A stretch of DNA of 64,000 bases from the human T2T-CHM13v2.0 reference genome, Homo sapiens. Made by a program: the position numbers and the translations under genes. The stretch is taken from assembly GCF_009914755.1 (NCBI RefSeq), contig NC_060933.1. One strand, written 5' to 3'. Shown here piece by piece: positions 1 through 12,100 of this stretch. The stretch's first letter is position 1; each line of letters begins with the position of its first letter. The notes below the pieces were generated by a model. That model had not been told where the DNA came from, made no database searches, and saw only the letters and a program-made list of their open reading frames with translations.

Positions 1-2026
1 TGTTTGCATTCAAGTCACAGAACTGAACATTCCCTTTCATAGAGCAGGTTTGAAACACTCTTTCTGTAGTATCTGCAAGCGGACGTTTGAAGAGCTTTCA
101 GGCGTGTGGTGAAAAAGGAAATATCTTCAAATAAATACTAGACAGAAGCATTCTCAGAAACTTATTTGCGATGTGTGTTCTCAACTAAAGGAGATGAACC
201 TTTGTTTGGATACAACGTTTTGGAAACACTCTTTTTGTAGGATCTGCAAGTGGATATTTGGATAGCTTTGAAGGTTTCGTTGGAAACAGGAATATCTTCA
301 TATAAAATCAAGACAGAAGCATTCTCAGAAACTTCTCTGTGATGTTTACATTCAACTCATAGAGTTGAACACTTCCCTTCATACAGCAGGTTTGAAACAC
401 TCTTTTTGTAATATTTGGAAGTGGACATTTGCAGCGCTTTGAGGCCTATGTTGAAAAACGAAATATCTTCTCCTAAAAACCAGACAGAAGCATTCTCAGA
501 AACTTCCTTGTGATGTGTGTACTCAAGTAACAGAGTTGAACCTTCCTTTTGACAGAGCAGTTTTGAAGCACTCTTTTTGTAGAATCTGCAAGTGGATATT
601 TTGATACCTTTGAGGATTTCGTTGGACACGGGATATCTTCATATAAAATCTAGACAGAAGCATTCTCAGAAACTTCTTTGTGCTGTATGTCCTCAATTAA
701 CAGAGTTGAACCTTTGTGTGGATACAGCATTTTGGAAACATTCCTTTAGTAGAATCTGCAAGTTGATATTTAGATAGCTAGGAAGATTTCCTTGGAAACG
801 GGAATATCTTCATATAAAATCTAGACGGAAGCATTCTCAGAAAGTGCTTTGTGATATTTGCATTCAAGTCACAGAGTTGAATATTCCCTTTTATAGAGCA
901 GGTTTGAAACACTCTTTCTGCACTACCTGGAAGTGGACATTTGGAGCGCTTTGAGGCCTATGTTGAAAAAGGAAATATCTTCTCCCAAAAACCAGACAGA
1001 AGCATTCTCAGAAACTTCCTTGTGATGTGTGTACTGAAGTAACAGAGTTGAACCTTACTTTTGACAGAGCCGTTTTGAAACAGTCTTTTTGTAGAATCTG
1101 GAAGTAGATATTTGGATAGCTTTGAGGATTTCTTTGGAAACGGGATATCTTCATATAAAATCTAGACAGAAGCATTCTCAGAAACTTCTTTGTGCTGTAT
1201 GTCCTCAATTAACAGAGTTGAACCTTTGTGCGGATACAGCACTTTGGAAACACTCCTTTAGTAGAATCTGCAAGTTGATATTTAGATAGCTAGGAAGATT
1301 TCCTTGGAAACGAGAATATCTTCACATAAAATCTAGACGGAAGCATTCTCAGAAACTTTTCTGTGATGCTTGCATTCAACTCATAGAGTTGAACACTTCC
1401 TTTCATAGAGCTGGTTTGAAATACTCTTTTTGTAATATTTGGAAGTGGACATTGGCAGCGCTTTGAAGCCTATGGTGAAAAAGGAGATATCTTCTCCTAA
1501 AAACCAGACAGAAGCATTCTCAGAATCTTTCTTGTGATGTGTGTACTCAAGTAACAGAGTTGAACCTTCTTTTTGACAGAGCAGTTTTGAAGCACTCTTT
1601 TTGTAGAATCTGCAAGTGGATATTTTGATACCTTTGAGGATTTCGTTGGACACGGGATATCTTCATATAAAATCTAGACAGAAGCATTCTCAGAAACTTA
1701 TTTGCCATGTGTGTTCTCAACTAACAGAGTTGAACCTTTGTTTTGATACGGCATTTTGGAAACACTCTTTTTGTAGAATCTGCAGGTGGATATTCGGATA
1801 CCTTTGAAGGTTTCGTTGGAAACGGGAATATCTTCATATAAAATCTAGACGGAAGCATTCTCAGAAACTGCTTTGTGATGTTTTCATTCAAGTCACAGAG
1901 TAGAATGTTCCCTTTTATATACCAGGTTTGAGACACTCTTTCTGCACTATCTGGAAGTGGACATTTGGAGCGCTTTGAGGCCTATGATGAAAAAGGAAAT
2001 ATCTTCCCATAAAAACTAGACAGAAG
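1..2026 (+). repeat. Non-canonical HOR variant, probable 13-mer (m1 would lie upstream of the window)
   Basis: Monomer starts at 149, 320, 491, 661, 832, 1003, 1173, 1344, 1515, 1685 and 1856 read m2(partial)-m3-m4-m5-m6-m7/4-m5-m6-m4-m5-m3'-m7'. No m1 occurs until 2027. Confidence 0.8.
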
Positions 2027-2152
2027 CATTCTCAGAAACTTGTTTGTGATGTGTGTATTCAGCTAACAGAGATGAACCTTTCTTTTTACAGAGCAGTTTT
2101 GAAACACTCTTTTTCTGGAATCTGAAAGTGGATATTTGGATAGCTTTGAGGA

Positions 2153-2169
2153 TTTCGTTGGAAACGGGA
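2153..2169 (+). promoter_or_regulatory. CENP-B box of m1 (representative; intact in most units)
   Basis: TTTCGTTGGAAACGGGA matches the 17-bp CENP-B box, with core TTCG....A..CGGG intact. Confidence 0.95.
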
Positions 2170-2490
2170 TTACATATAAAATCTAGAGAGAAGCATTCTC
2201 AGGAACTTCTTTGTGATGTTTGCATTAAAGTCACAGAACTGAACATTCCCTTTCATAGAGCATGTTTGAAACACTCTTTCTGTAGTATCTGCAAGCGGAC
2301 GTTTGAAGCGCTTTCAGGCCTGTGGTGAAAAAGGAAATATCTTCAAATGAAAACTAGACAGAAGCATTCTCAGAAACTTATTTGCGATGTGTGTTCTCAA
2401 CTAAAAGAGTTAAATCTTTGTTTGGATACAACATTTTGGAAACACTCTTTTTGTATAATCTGCAAGTGGATATTTGGATAGCTTTGAAGG

Positions 2491-2507
2491 TTTCGTTGGA
2501 AACGGGA
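2491..2507 (+). promoter_or_regulatory. CENP-B box of m3 (representative; intact in most units)
   Basis: TTTCGTTGGAAACGGGA, canonical. Confidence 0.95.
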
Positions 2508-2832
2508 ATACCTTCATATAAAATCAAGACAGAAGCATTCTCAGAAACTTCTCTGTGATGTTTGCATTCAACTCATAGAGTTGAACACTTCCCTTCATAC
2601 AGCAGGTTTGAAACACTCTTTTTGTAATATTTGGAAGTGGACATTTGCAGCGCTTTGAGGCCTATGTTGAAAAAGGAAATATCTTCTTCTAAAAACCAGA
2701 CAGAAGCATTCTCAGAAACTTCCTTGTGATGCGTGTACTCAAGTAACAGAGTTGAGCCTTCCTTTTGACAGAGCAGTATTGAAGCACTCTTTTTGTAGAA
2801 TCTGCAAGTGGATATTTTGATACCTTTGAGGA

Positions 2833-2849
2833 TTTCGTTGGACACGGGA
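2833..2849 (+). promoter_or_regulatory. Variant CENP-B box of m5 with intact core (found only left of ~35.2 kb)
   Basis: TTTCGTTGGACACGGGA keeps the nine core positions TTCG....A..CGGG. Confidence 0.8.
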
Positions 2850-3002
2850 TATCTTCATATAAAATCTAGACAGAAGCATTCTCAGAAACTTCTTTGTGCT
2901 GTATGTCCTCAATTAACAGAGTTGAACCTTTGTGTGGATACAGCATTTTGGAAACATTCCTTTAGTAGAATCTGCAAGTTGATATTTAGATAGCTTGGAA
3001 GA

Positions 3003-3019
3003 TTTCCTTGGAAACGGGA
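3003..3019 (+). other. Degenerate CENP-B box of m6 (representative; degenerate in all m6 copies read)
   Basis: TTTCCTTGGAAACGGGA: the core TTCG is changed to TTCC, predicted non-binding. Confidence 0.8.
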
Positions 3020-3898
3020 ATGTCTTCATATAAAATCTAGACGGAAGCATTCTCAGAAAGTGCTTTGTGATGTTTGCATTCAAGTCACAGAGTTGAATAT
3101 TCCCTTTTATAGAGCAGGTTTGAAACACTCTTTCTGCACTACCTGGAAGTGGACATTTGGAGCGATTTGAGGCCTATGTTGAAAAAGGAAATATCTTCCC
3201 ATAAAAACTAGACAGAAGCATTCTCAGAAACTTGTTTGTGATGTGTGTATTCAACTAACAGAAATGAACCTTTCTTTTTACAGAGCAGTTTTGAAACACT
3301 CTTTTTGTGGAATCTGAAAGTGGATATTTGGATAGCTTTGAGGATTTCGTTGGAAACGGGATTACATATAAAACCTAGAGAGAAGCATTCTCAGGAACTT
3401 CTTTGTGATGTTTGCATTCAAGTCACAGAACTGAACATTCCCTTTCATAGAGCAGGTTTGAAACACTCTTTCTGTAGTATCTGCAAGCTGACGTTTCAAG
3501 CGCTTTCAGGCCTATGGTGAGAAAGGAAATATCTTCAAGTAAAAACTAGACAGAAGCATTCTCAGAAACTTATTTGCCATGTGTGTTCTCAACTAACAGA
3601 GTTGAACCTTTGTTTTGATACAACATTTTGGAAACACTCTTTTTGTAGAATCTGCAAGTGGATATTTGGATAGCTTTGAAGGTTTCGTTGGAAACGGGAA
3701 TATCTTCATATAAAATCAAGACAGAAGCATTCTCAGAAACTTCTCTGTGATGTTTGCATTCAACTCATAGAGTTGAACACTTCCCTTCATACAGCAGGTT
3801 TGAAACACTCTTTTTGTAATATTTGGAAGTGGACATTTGCAGCGCTTTGAGGCCTATGTTGAAAAAGGAAATATCTTCCCATAAAAACTAGACAGAAG

Positions 3899-5431
3899 CA
3901 TTCTCAGAAACTTGTTTGTGATGTGTGTATTCAACTAACAGAGATGAACCTTTCTTTTTACAGAGCAGTTTTGAAACACTCTTTTTGTGGAATCTGAAAG
4001 TGGATATTTGGATAGCTTTGAGGATTTCGTTGGAAACGGGATTACATATAAAATCTAGGGAGAAGCATTCTCAGGAACTTCTTTGTGATGTTTGCATTCA
4101 AGTCACAGAACTGAACATTCCCTTTCATAGAGCAGGTTTGAAACACTCTTTCTGTAGTATCTGCAAGCGGACGTTTCAAGCGCTTTCAGGCCTGTGGTGA
4201 AAAAGGAAATATCTTCAAATAAAAACTAGACAGAAGCATTCTCAGAAACTTATTTGCGATGTGTGTTCTCAACTAAAAGAGTTGAACCTTTGTTTGGATA
4301 CAACGTTTTGGAAACACTCTTTTTGTAGGATCTGCAAGTGGATATTTGGATAGCTTTGAAGGTTTCGTTGGAAACCGGAATATCTTCATATAAAATCAAG
4401 ACAGAAGCATTCTCAGAAACTTCTCTGTGATGTTTACATTCAACTCATAGAGGTGAACACTTCCCTTCATACAGCAGGTTTGAAACACTCTTTTTGTAGT
4501 ATTTGGAAGTGGATATTTGCAGCGCTTTGAGGGCTATGTTGAAGAACGAAATATCTCCTCCTAAAAACCAGACAGAAGCATTCTCAGAAACTTCCTTGTG
4601 ATGTGTGTACTCAAGTAACAGAGTTGAACCTTACTTTTGACAGAGCCGTTTTGAAACAGTCTTTTTGTAGAATCTGGAAGTAGATATTTGGATAGCTTTG
4701 AGGATTTCTTTGGATACGGGATATCTTCATATAAAATCTAGACAGAAGCATTCTCAGAAACTTCTTTGTGCTGTATGTCCTCAATTAACAGAGTTGAACC
4801 TTTGTCCGGATACAGCACTTTGGAAACACTCCTTTAGTAGAATCTGCAAGTTGATATTTAGATAGCTAGGAAGATTTCCTTGGAAACGGGAATATCTTCA
4901 CATAAAATCTAGACGGAAGCATTCTCAGAAACTTCTCTGTGATGCTTGCATTCAACTCATAGAGTTGAACACTTCCTTTCATAGAGCTGGTTTGAAATAC
5001 TCTTTTTGTAATATTTGGAAGTGGACATTGGCAGCGCTTTGAAGCCTATGGTGAAAAAGGAGATATCTTCTCCTAAAAACCAGACAGAAGCATTCTCAGA
5101 ATCTTTCTTGTGAAGTGTGTACTCAAGTAACAGAGTTGAACCTTCATTTTGACAGAGCAGTTTTGAAGCACTCTTTTTGTAGAATCTGCAAGTGGATATT
5201 TTGATACCTTTGAGGATTTCGTTGGACACGGGATATCTTCATATAAAATCTAGACAGAAGCATTCTCAGAAACTTATTTGCCATGTGTGTTCTCAACTAA
5301 CACAGTTGAACCTTTGTTTTGATACGGCATTTTGGAAACACTCTTTTTGTAGAATCTGCAGGTGGATATTCGGATAGCTTTGAAGGTTTCGTTGGAAACG
5401 GGAATATCTTCATATAAAATCTAGACGGAAG
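3899..5431 (+). repeat. 9-mer HOR variant (1533 bp)
   Basis: m1 marker spacing 3925 to 5458 is 1533 bp. Order is m1-m2-m3-m4-m5-m6-m4-m5-m3', followed directly by m1. Confidence 0.9.
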
Positions 5432-8400
5432 CATTCTCAGAAACTTGTTTGTGATGTGTGTATTCAACTAACAGAGATGAACCTTTCTTTTTACAGAGTA
5501 GTTTTGAAACACTCTTTTTGTGGAATCTGAAAGTGGATATTTGGATAGCTTTGAGGAATTCGTTGGAAACGGGATTACATATAAAATCTAGAGAGAAGCA
5601 TTCTCAGGAACTTCTTTGTGATGTTTGCATTCACGTCACAGAACTGAACATTCCCTTTCATAGAGCATGTTTGAAACACTCTTTCTGTAGTATCTGCAAA
5701 CGGACATTTCAAACGCTTTCAGGCCTATGGTGAGAAAGGAAATATCTTCAAGTAAAAACTAGACAGAAGCATTCTCAGAAACTTATTTGCGATGTGTATC
5801 CTCAACTAACAGAGTTGAACCTTTCTTTTGATACAACATTTTGGAAACACTCTTTTTGTGGAATCTGCAAGTGGATATTTGGATAGCTTTGAAGGTTTCA
5901 TTGGAAACGGGAATATCTTCATATAAAATCAAGACAGAAGCATTCTCAGAAGCTTCTCTGTGATGTTTGCATTCAACTCATAGAGTTGAACACTTCCCTT
6001 CATACAGCAGGTTTGAAACACTCTTTTTGTAATATTTGGAAGTGGACATTTGCAGCGCTTTGAGGCCTATGATGAAAAAGGAAATATCTTCCCATAAAAA
6101 CTAGACAGAAGCATTCTCAGAAACTTGTTTGTGATGTGTGTATTCAACTAACAGAGATGAACCTTTCTTTTTACAGAGTAGTTTTGAAACACTCTTTTTG
6201 TGGAATCCGAAAGTGGATATTTGGATAGCTTTGAGGAATTCGTTGGAAACGGGATTACATATAAAAAGTAGGGAGAAGCATTCTCAGGAACTTCTTTGTG
6301 ATGTTTGCATTCAAGTCACAGAACTGAACATTCCCTTTCATACAGCATGTTTGAAACACTCTTTCTGTAGTATCTGCAAGCGGACGTTTGAAGCGCTTTC
6401 AGGCCTCTGGTGAAAAAGGAAATATCTTCAAATAAAAACTAGACAGAGGCATTCTCAGAAACTTATTTGCGATGTGTGTTCTCAACTAACAGAGTTGAAC
6501 CTTTGTTTTGATACAGCATTTTGGAAACACTCTTTTTGTAGGATCTGCAGGTGGATATTTGGATAGCTTTGAAGGTTTCGTTGGAAAGGGGAATATCTTC
6601 ATATAAAATCAACACAGAAGCCTTCTCAGAAACTTCTCTGTGATGTTTGCATTCAACTCATACAGTTGAACACTTCCTTTCATAGAGCTGGTTTGAAATT
6701 CTCTTTTTGTAATATTTGGAAGTGGACATCGGCAGCGCTTTGAAGCCTATGGTTAAAAAGGAGATATCTTCTCCTAAAAACCAGACAGAAGCATTCTCAG
6801 AATCTTTCTTGTGATGTGTGTACTCAAGTAACAGAGTTGAACCTTCAATTTTGACAGAGCAGTTTTGAAGCACTCTTTTTGTAGAATCTGCAAGTGGATA
6901 TTTTGATACCTTTGAGGATTTCGTTGGACACGGGATATCTTCATATAAAATCTAGACAGAAGCATTCTCAGAAACTTCTTTGTGCTGTATGTCCTCAATT
7001 AACAGAGTTGAACCTTTGTGTCGATACAGCATTTTGGAAACATTCCTTTAGTAGAATCTGCAAGTTGATATTTAGATAGCTAGGAAGATTGCCTTGGAAA
7101 CGGGAATATCTTCATATAAAATCTAGCCGGAAGCATTCTCAGAAAGTGCTTTGTGATGTTTGCATTCAAGTCACAGAGTTGAATATTCCCTTTTATAGAG
7201 CAGGTTTGAAACACTCTTTTTGCACTACCTGGAAGTGGACATTTGGAGCGCTTTGAGGCCTATGTTGAAAAAGGAAATATCTTCCCATAAAAACTAGACA
7301 GAAGCATTCTCAGAAACTTGTTTGTGATGTGTGTATTCAACTAACAGAGATGAACCTTTCTTTTTACAGAGTAGTTTTGAAACACTCTTTTTGTGGAATC
7401 CGAAAGTGGATATTTGGATAGCTTTGAGGATTTCGTTGGAAACGGGATTACATATAAAATCTAGGGAGAAGCATTCTCAGGAACTTCTTTGTGATGTTTG
7501 CATTAAAGTCACAGAACTGAACATTCCCTTTCATAGAGCAGGTTTGAAACACTCTTTCTGTAGTATTTGCAAGCGGACGTTTGAAGCGCTTTCAGGCCTG
7601 TGGTGAAAAAGGAAATATCTTCAAATAAAAACTAGACAGAAGCATTCTCAGAAACTTATTTGCGATGTGTGTTCTCAACTAAAAGAGTTGAACCTTTGTT
7701 TGGATACAACATTTCGGAAACACTCTTTTTGTAGAATCTGTAAGTGGATATTTGGATAGCTTTGAAGGTTTCGTTGGAAACGGGAATATCTTCATATAAA
7801 ATCAAGACAGAAGCATTCTCAGAAACTTCTCTGTGATGTTTGCATTCAACTCATAGAGTTGAACACTTCCCTTCATACAGCAGGTTTGAAACACTCTATT
7901 TCTAATATTTGGAAGTGGACATTTCCAGTGCTTTGAGGCCTATGTTGAAAAAGGAAATATCTTCTCCTAAAAACCAGACAGAAGCATTCTCAGAAACTTC
8001 CTTGTGATGTGTGTACTCAAGTAACAGAGTTGAACCTTCCTTTGGACAGAGCAGTTTTGAAGCACTCTTTTTGTAGAATCTGCAAGTGGATATTATGATA
8101 CCTTTGAGGATTTCGTTGGACACGGGATATCTTCATATAAAATCTAGACAGAAGCATTCTCAGAAACTTCTTTGTGCTGTATGTCCTCAATTAACAGAGT
8201 TGAACCTTTGTGTGGATACAGCATTTTGGAAACATTCCTTTAGTAGAATCTGCAAGTTGATATTTAGATAGCTAGGAAGATTTCCTTGGAAACGGGAATA
8301 TCTTCATATAAAATCTAGACGGAAGCATTCTCAGAAAGTGCTTTGTGATGTTTGCATTCAAGTCACAGAGTTGAATATTCCCTTTTATAGAGCAGGTTTG

Positions 8401-8496
8401 AAACACTCTTTCTGCACTACCTGGAAGTAGACATTTGGATCGCTTTGAGGCCTATGTTGAAAAAGGAAATATCTTCCCATAAAAACTAGACAGAAG

Positions 8497-9176
8497 CATT
8501 CTCAGAAACTTGTTTGTGATGTGTGTATTCAACTAACAGAGATGAACCTTTCTTTTTACAGAGCAGTTTTGAAACACTCTTTTTGTGGAATCTGAAAGTG
8601 GATATTTGGATAGCTTTGAGGATTTCGTTGGAAACGGGATTACATATAAAACCTAGAGAGAAGCATTCTCAGGAACTTCTTTGTGATGTTGGCCTTCAAG
8701 TCACAGGACTGAACATTCCCTTTCATGGAGCAGGTTTGAAACACTCTTTCTGTAGTATCTGCAAGCTGACGTTTCAAGCGCTTTCAGGCCTATGGTGAGA
8801 AAGGAAATATCTTCAAGTAAAAACTAGACAGAAGCATTCTCAGAAACTTATTTGCCATGTGTGTTCTCAACTAACAGAGTTGAACCTTTGTTTTGATACG
8901 GCATTTTGGAAACACTCTTTTTGTAGAATCTGCAGGTGGATATTCGGATAGCTTTGAAGGTTTCGTTGGAAACGGGAATATCTTCATATAAAATCTAGAC
9001 GGAAGCATTCTCAGAAACTGCTTTGTGATGTTTTCATTCAAGTCACAGAGTAGAATGTTCCCTTTTATATACCAGGTTTGAGACACTCTTTCTGCACTAC
9101 CTGGAAGTGGACGTTTGGAGCGCTTTGAGGCCTATGTTGAAAAAGGAAATATCTTCCCATAAAAACTAGACAGAAG
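8497..9176 (+). repeat. Representative 4-mer HOR unit (680 bp), m1-m2'-m3'-m7'
   Basis: Marker spacing 8523 to 9203 is 680 bp. m3' carries ttgccatg/gatacggc/attcgg; m7' carries ctgctttgtgatgttttc...tagaatgttcc...ataccaggtttgagac. Confidence 0.93.
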
Positions 9177-12100
9177 CATTCTCAGAAACTTGTTTGTGAT
9201 GTGTGTATTCAACTAACAGAGATGAATCTTTCTTTTTACAGAGCAGTTTTGAAACACTCTTTTTGTGGAATCTGAAAGTGGATATTTGGATAGCTTTGAG
9301 GATTTCGTTGGAAACGGGATTACTTATAAAATCTAGGGAGAAGCATTCTCAGGAACTTCTTTGTGGTGTTTGCATTCAAGTCACAGAACTGAACATTCCC
9401 TTTCATAGAGCAGGTTTGAAACACTCTTTCTGTAGTATCTGCAAGCGGACGTTTCAAGCGCTTTCAGGCCTGTGGTGAAAAAGGAAATATCTTCAAATAA
9501 AAACTAGACAGAAGCATTCTCAGAAACTTATTTGCGATGTGTGTTCTCAGCTAACAGAGTTGAACCTTTGTTTTGATACAGCATGTTGGAAACACTCTTT
9601 TTGTAGGATCTGCAGGTGGATATTTGGATAGCTTTGAAGGTTTCGTTGGAAACGGGAATATCTTTATATAAAATCAAGACAGAAGCATTCTCAGAAACTT
9701 CTCTGTGTTGTTTGCATTCAACTCATAGAGTTGAACACTTCCCTTCATACAGCAGGTTTGAAACACTCTTTTTGTAATATTTGGAAGTGGACATTTGCAG
9801 CGCTTTGAGGCCTATGTAGAAAAAGGAAATATCTTCTCCTAAAAACCAGACAGAAGCATTCTCAGAAGCTTCCTTGTGATGTGTGTACTCAAGTAACAGA
9901 GTTGAACCTTACTTTTGACAGAGCCGTTTTGAAACAGTCTTTTTGTAGAATTTGGAAGTAGATATTTGGATACCTTTGAGGATTTCTTTGGAAACGGGAT
10001 ATCTTCATATAAAATCTAGACAGAAGCATTCTCAGAAACTTCTTTGTGCTGTATGTCCTCAATTAACAGAGTTGAACCTTTGTGTGGATACAGCATTTTG
10101 GAAACACTCCTTTAGTAGAATCTGCAAGTTGATATTTAGATAGCTAGGAAGATTTCCTTGGAAACGGGAATAACTTCACATAAAATCTAGACGGAAGCAT
10201 TCTCAGAAACTGCTTTGTGATGTCTTCATTCAAGTCACAGAGTAGAATGTTCCCTTTTATAGAGCAGGTTTGAAACACTCAGTGCACTACCTGGAAGTGG
10301 ACATTTGGAGCGCTTTGAGGCCTATGTTGAAAAAGCAAATATCTTCCCATAGAAACTAGACAGAAGCATTCTCAGAAACTTGTTTGTGATGTGTGTATTC
10401 AACTAACAGAGATGAACCTTTCTTTTTACAGAGCAGTTTTGAAACACTCTTTTTGTGGAATCTGAAAGTGGATATTTGGATAGCTTTGAGGATTTCGTTG
10501 GAAACGGGATTACATATAAAATCTAGGGAGAAGCATTCTCAGGAACTTCTTTGTGATGTTTGCATTCAAGTCACAGAACTGAACATTCCCTTTCATAGAG
10601 CAGCTTTGAAACACTCTTTCTGTAGCATCTGCAAGCGGAAGTTTCAAGCGCTTTCAGGCCTGTGGTGAAAAAGGAAATATCTTCAAATAAAAACTAGACA
10701 GAAGCATTCTCAGAAACTAATTTGCGATGTGTGTTCTCAACTAACAGAGTTGAACCTTTGTTTTGATACAGCATTTTGGAAACACACTTTTTGTAGGATC
10801 TGCAGGTGGATATTTGGATAGCTTTGAAGGTTTCGTTGGAAACGGGAATATCCTCATATAAAATCAAGACAGAAGCATTCTCAGAAACTTCTCTGTGATG
10901 TTTGCATTCAACTCATAGAGTTGAACACTTCCTTTCATAGAGCAGGTTTGAAACACTCTGTGCACTACCTGGAAGTGGACCTTTGGAGCGCTTTGAGGCC
11001 TATGTTGAAAAAGGAAATATCTTCCCATAAAAACTAGACAGAAGCATTCTCAGAAACTTGTTTGTGATGTGTGTATTCAACTAACAGAGATGAACCTTTC
11101 TTTTTACAGAGTAGTTTTGAAACACTCTTTTTGTGGAATCCGAAAGTGGATATTTGGATTGCTTTGAGGATTTCGTTGGAAACGGGATTACATATAAAAT
11201 CTAGGGAGAAGCATTCTCAGGAACTTCTTTGTGATGTTTGCATTCAAGTCACAGAACTGAACATTCCCTTTCATAGAGCAGGTTTGAAACACTCTTTCTG
11301 TAGTATCTGCAAGCGGACGTTTGAAGCGCTTTCAGGCCTGTGGTGAAAAAGGGAATATCTTCAAATAAAAACTAGACAGAAGCATTCTCAGAAACTTATT
11401 TGCGGTGTGTGTTCTCAACTAAAAGAGTTGAACCTTTGTTTGGATACAACATTTCGGAAACACTCTTTTTGTAGAATCTGTAAGTGGATATTTGGATAGC
11501 TTTGAAGGTTTCGTTGGAAACGGGAATATCTTCATATAAAATCAAGACAGAAGCATTCTCAGAAACTTCTCTGTGATGTTTGCATTCAACTCATAGAGTT
11601 GAACACTTCCCTTCATAGAGCTGGTTTGAAATACTCTTTTTGTAATATTTGGAAGTGGACATTGGCAGCGCTTTGAAGCCTATGGTGAAAAAGGAGATAT
11701 CTTCTCCTAAAAACCAGACAGAAGCATTCTCAGAATCTTTCTTGTGATGTGTGTAGTCAAGTAACAGAGTTGAACCTTCCTTTTGACAGAGCAGTTTTGA
11801 AGCACTCTTTTTGTAGAATCTGCAAGTGGATATTTAGATACCTTTGAGGATTTCTGTGGACACGGGATATCTTCATATAAAATCTAGACAGAAGCATTCT
11901 CAGAAACTTCTTTGTGCTGTATGTCCTCAATTAACAGAGTTGAACCTTTGTTTCGATACAGCATTTTGGAAACATTCCTTGAGTAGAATCTGCAAGTTGA
12001 TATTTAGATAGCTAATAAGATTTCCTTGGATACGGGAATATCTTCATATAAAATCTAGACGGAAGCATTCTCAGAAACTGCTTTGTGATGTCTTCATTCA

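Larger units (their letters stand above)
2027..3218 (+). repeat. Representative 7-mer HOR unit (1192 bp), m1-m7
   Basis: The m1 head cttgtttgtgatgtgtgtattc recurs after 1192 bp (ORF marker 2053 to 3245). Seven distinguishable heads: cttgtttgtg, gaacttctttgtg, cttatttgcg, cttctctgtg, cttccttgtg, cttctttgtgctg, aaagtgctttgtg. Confidence 0.95.
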
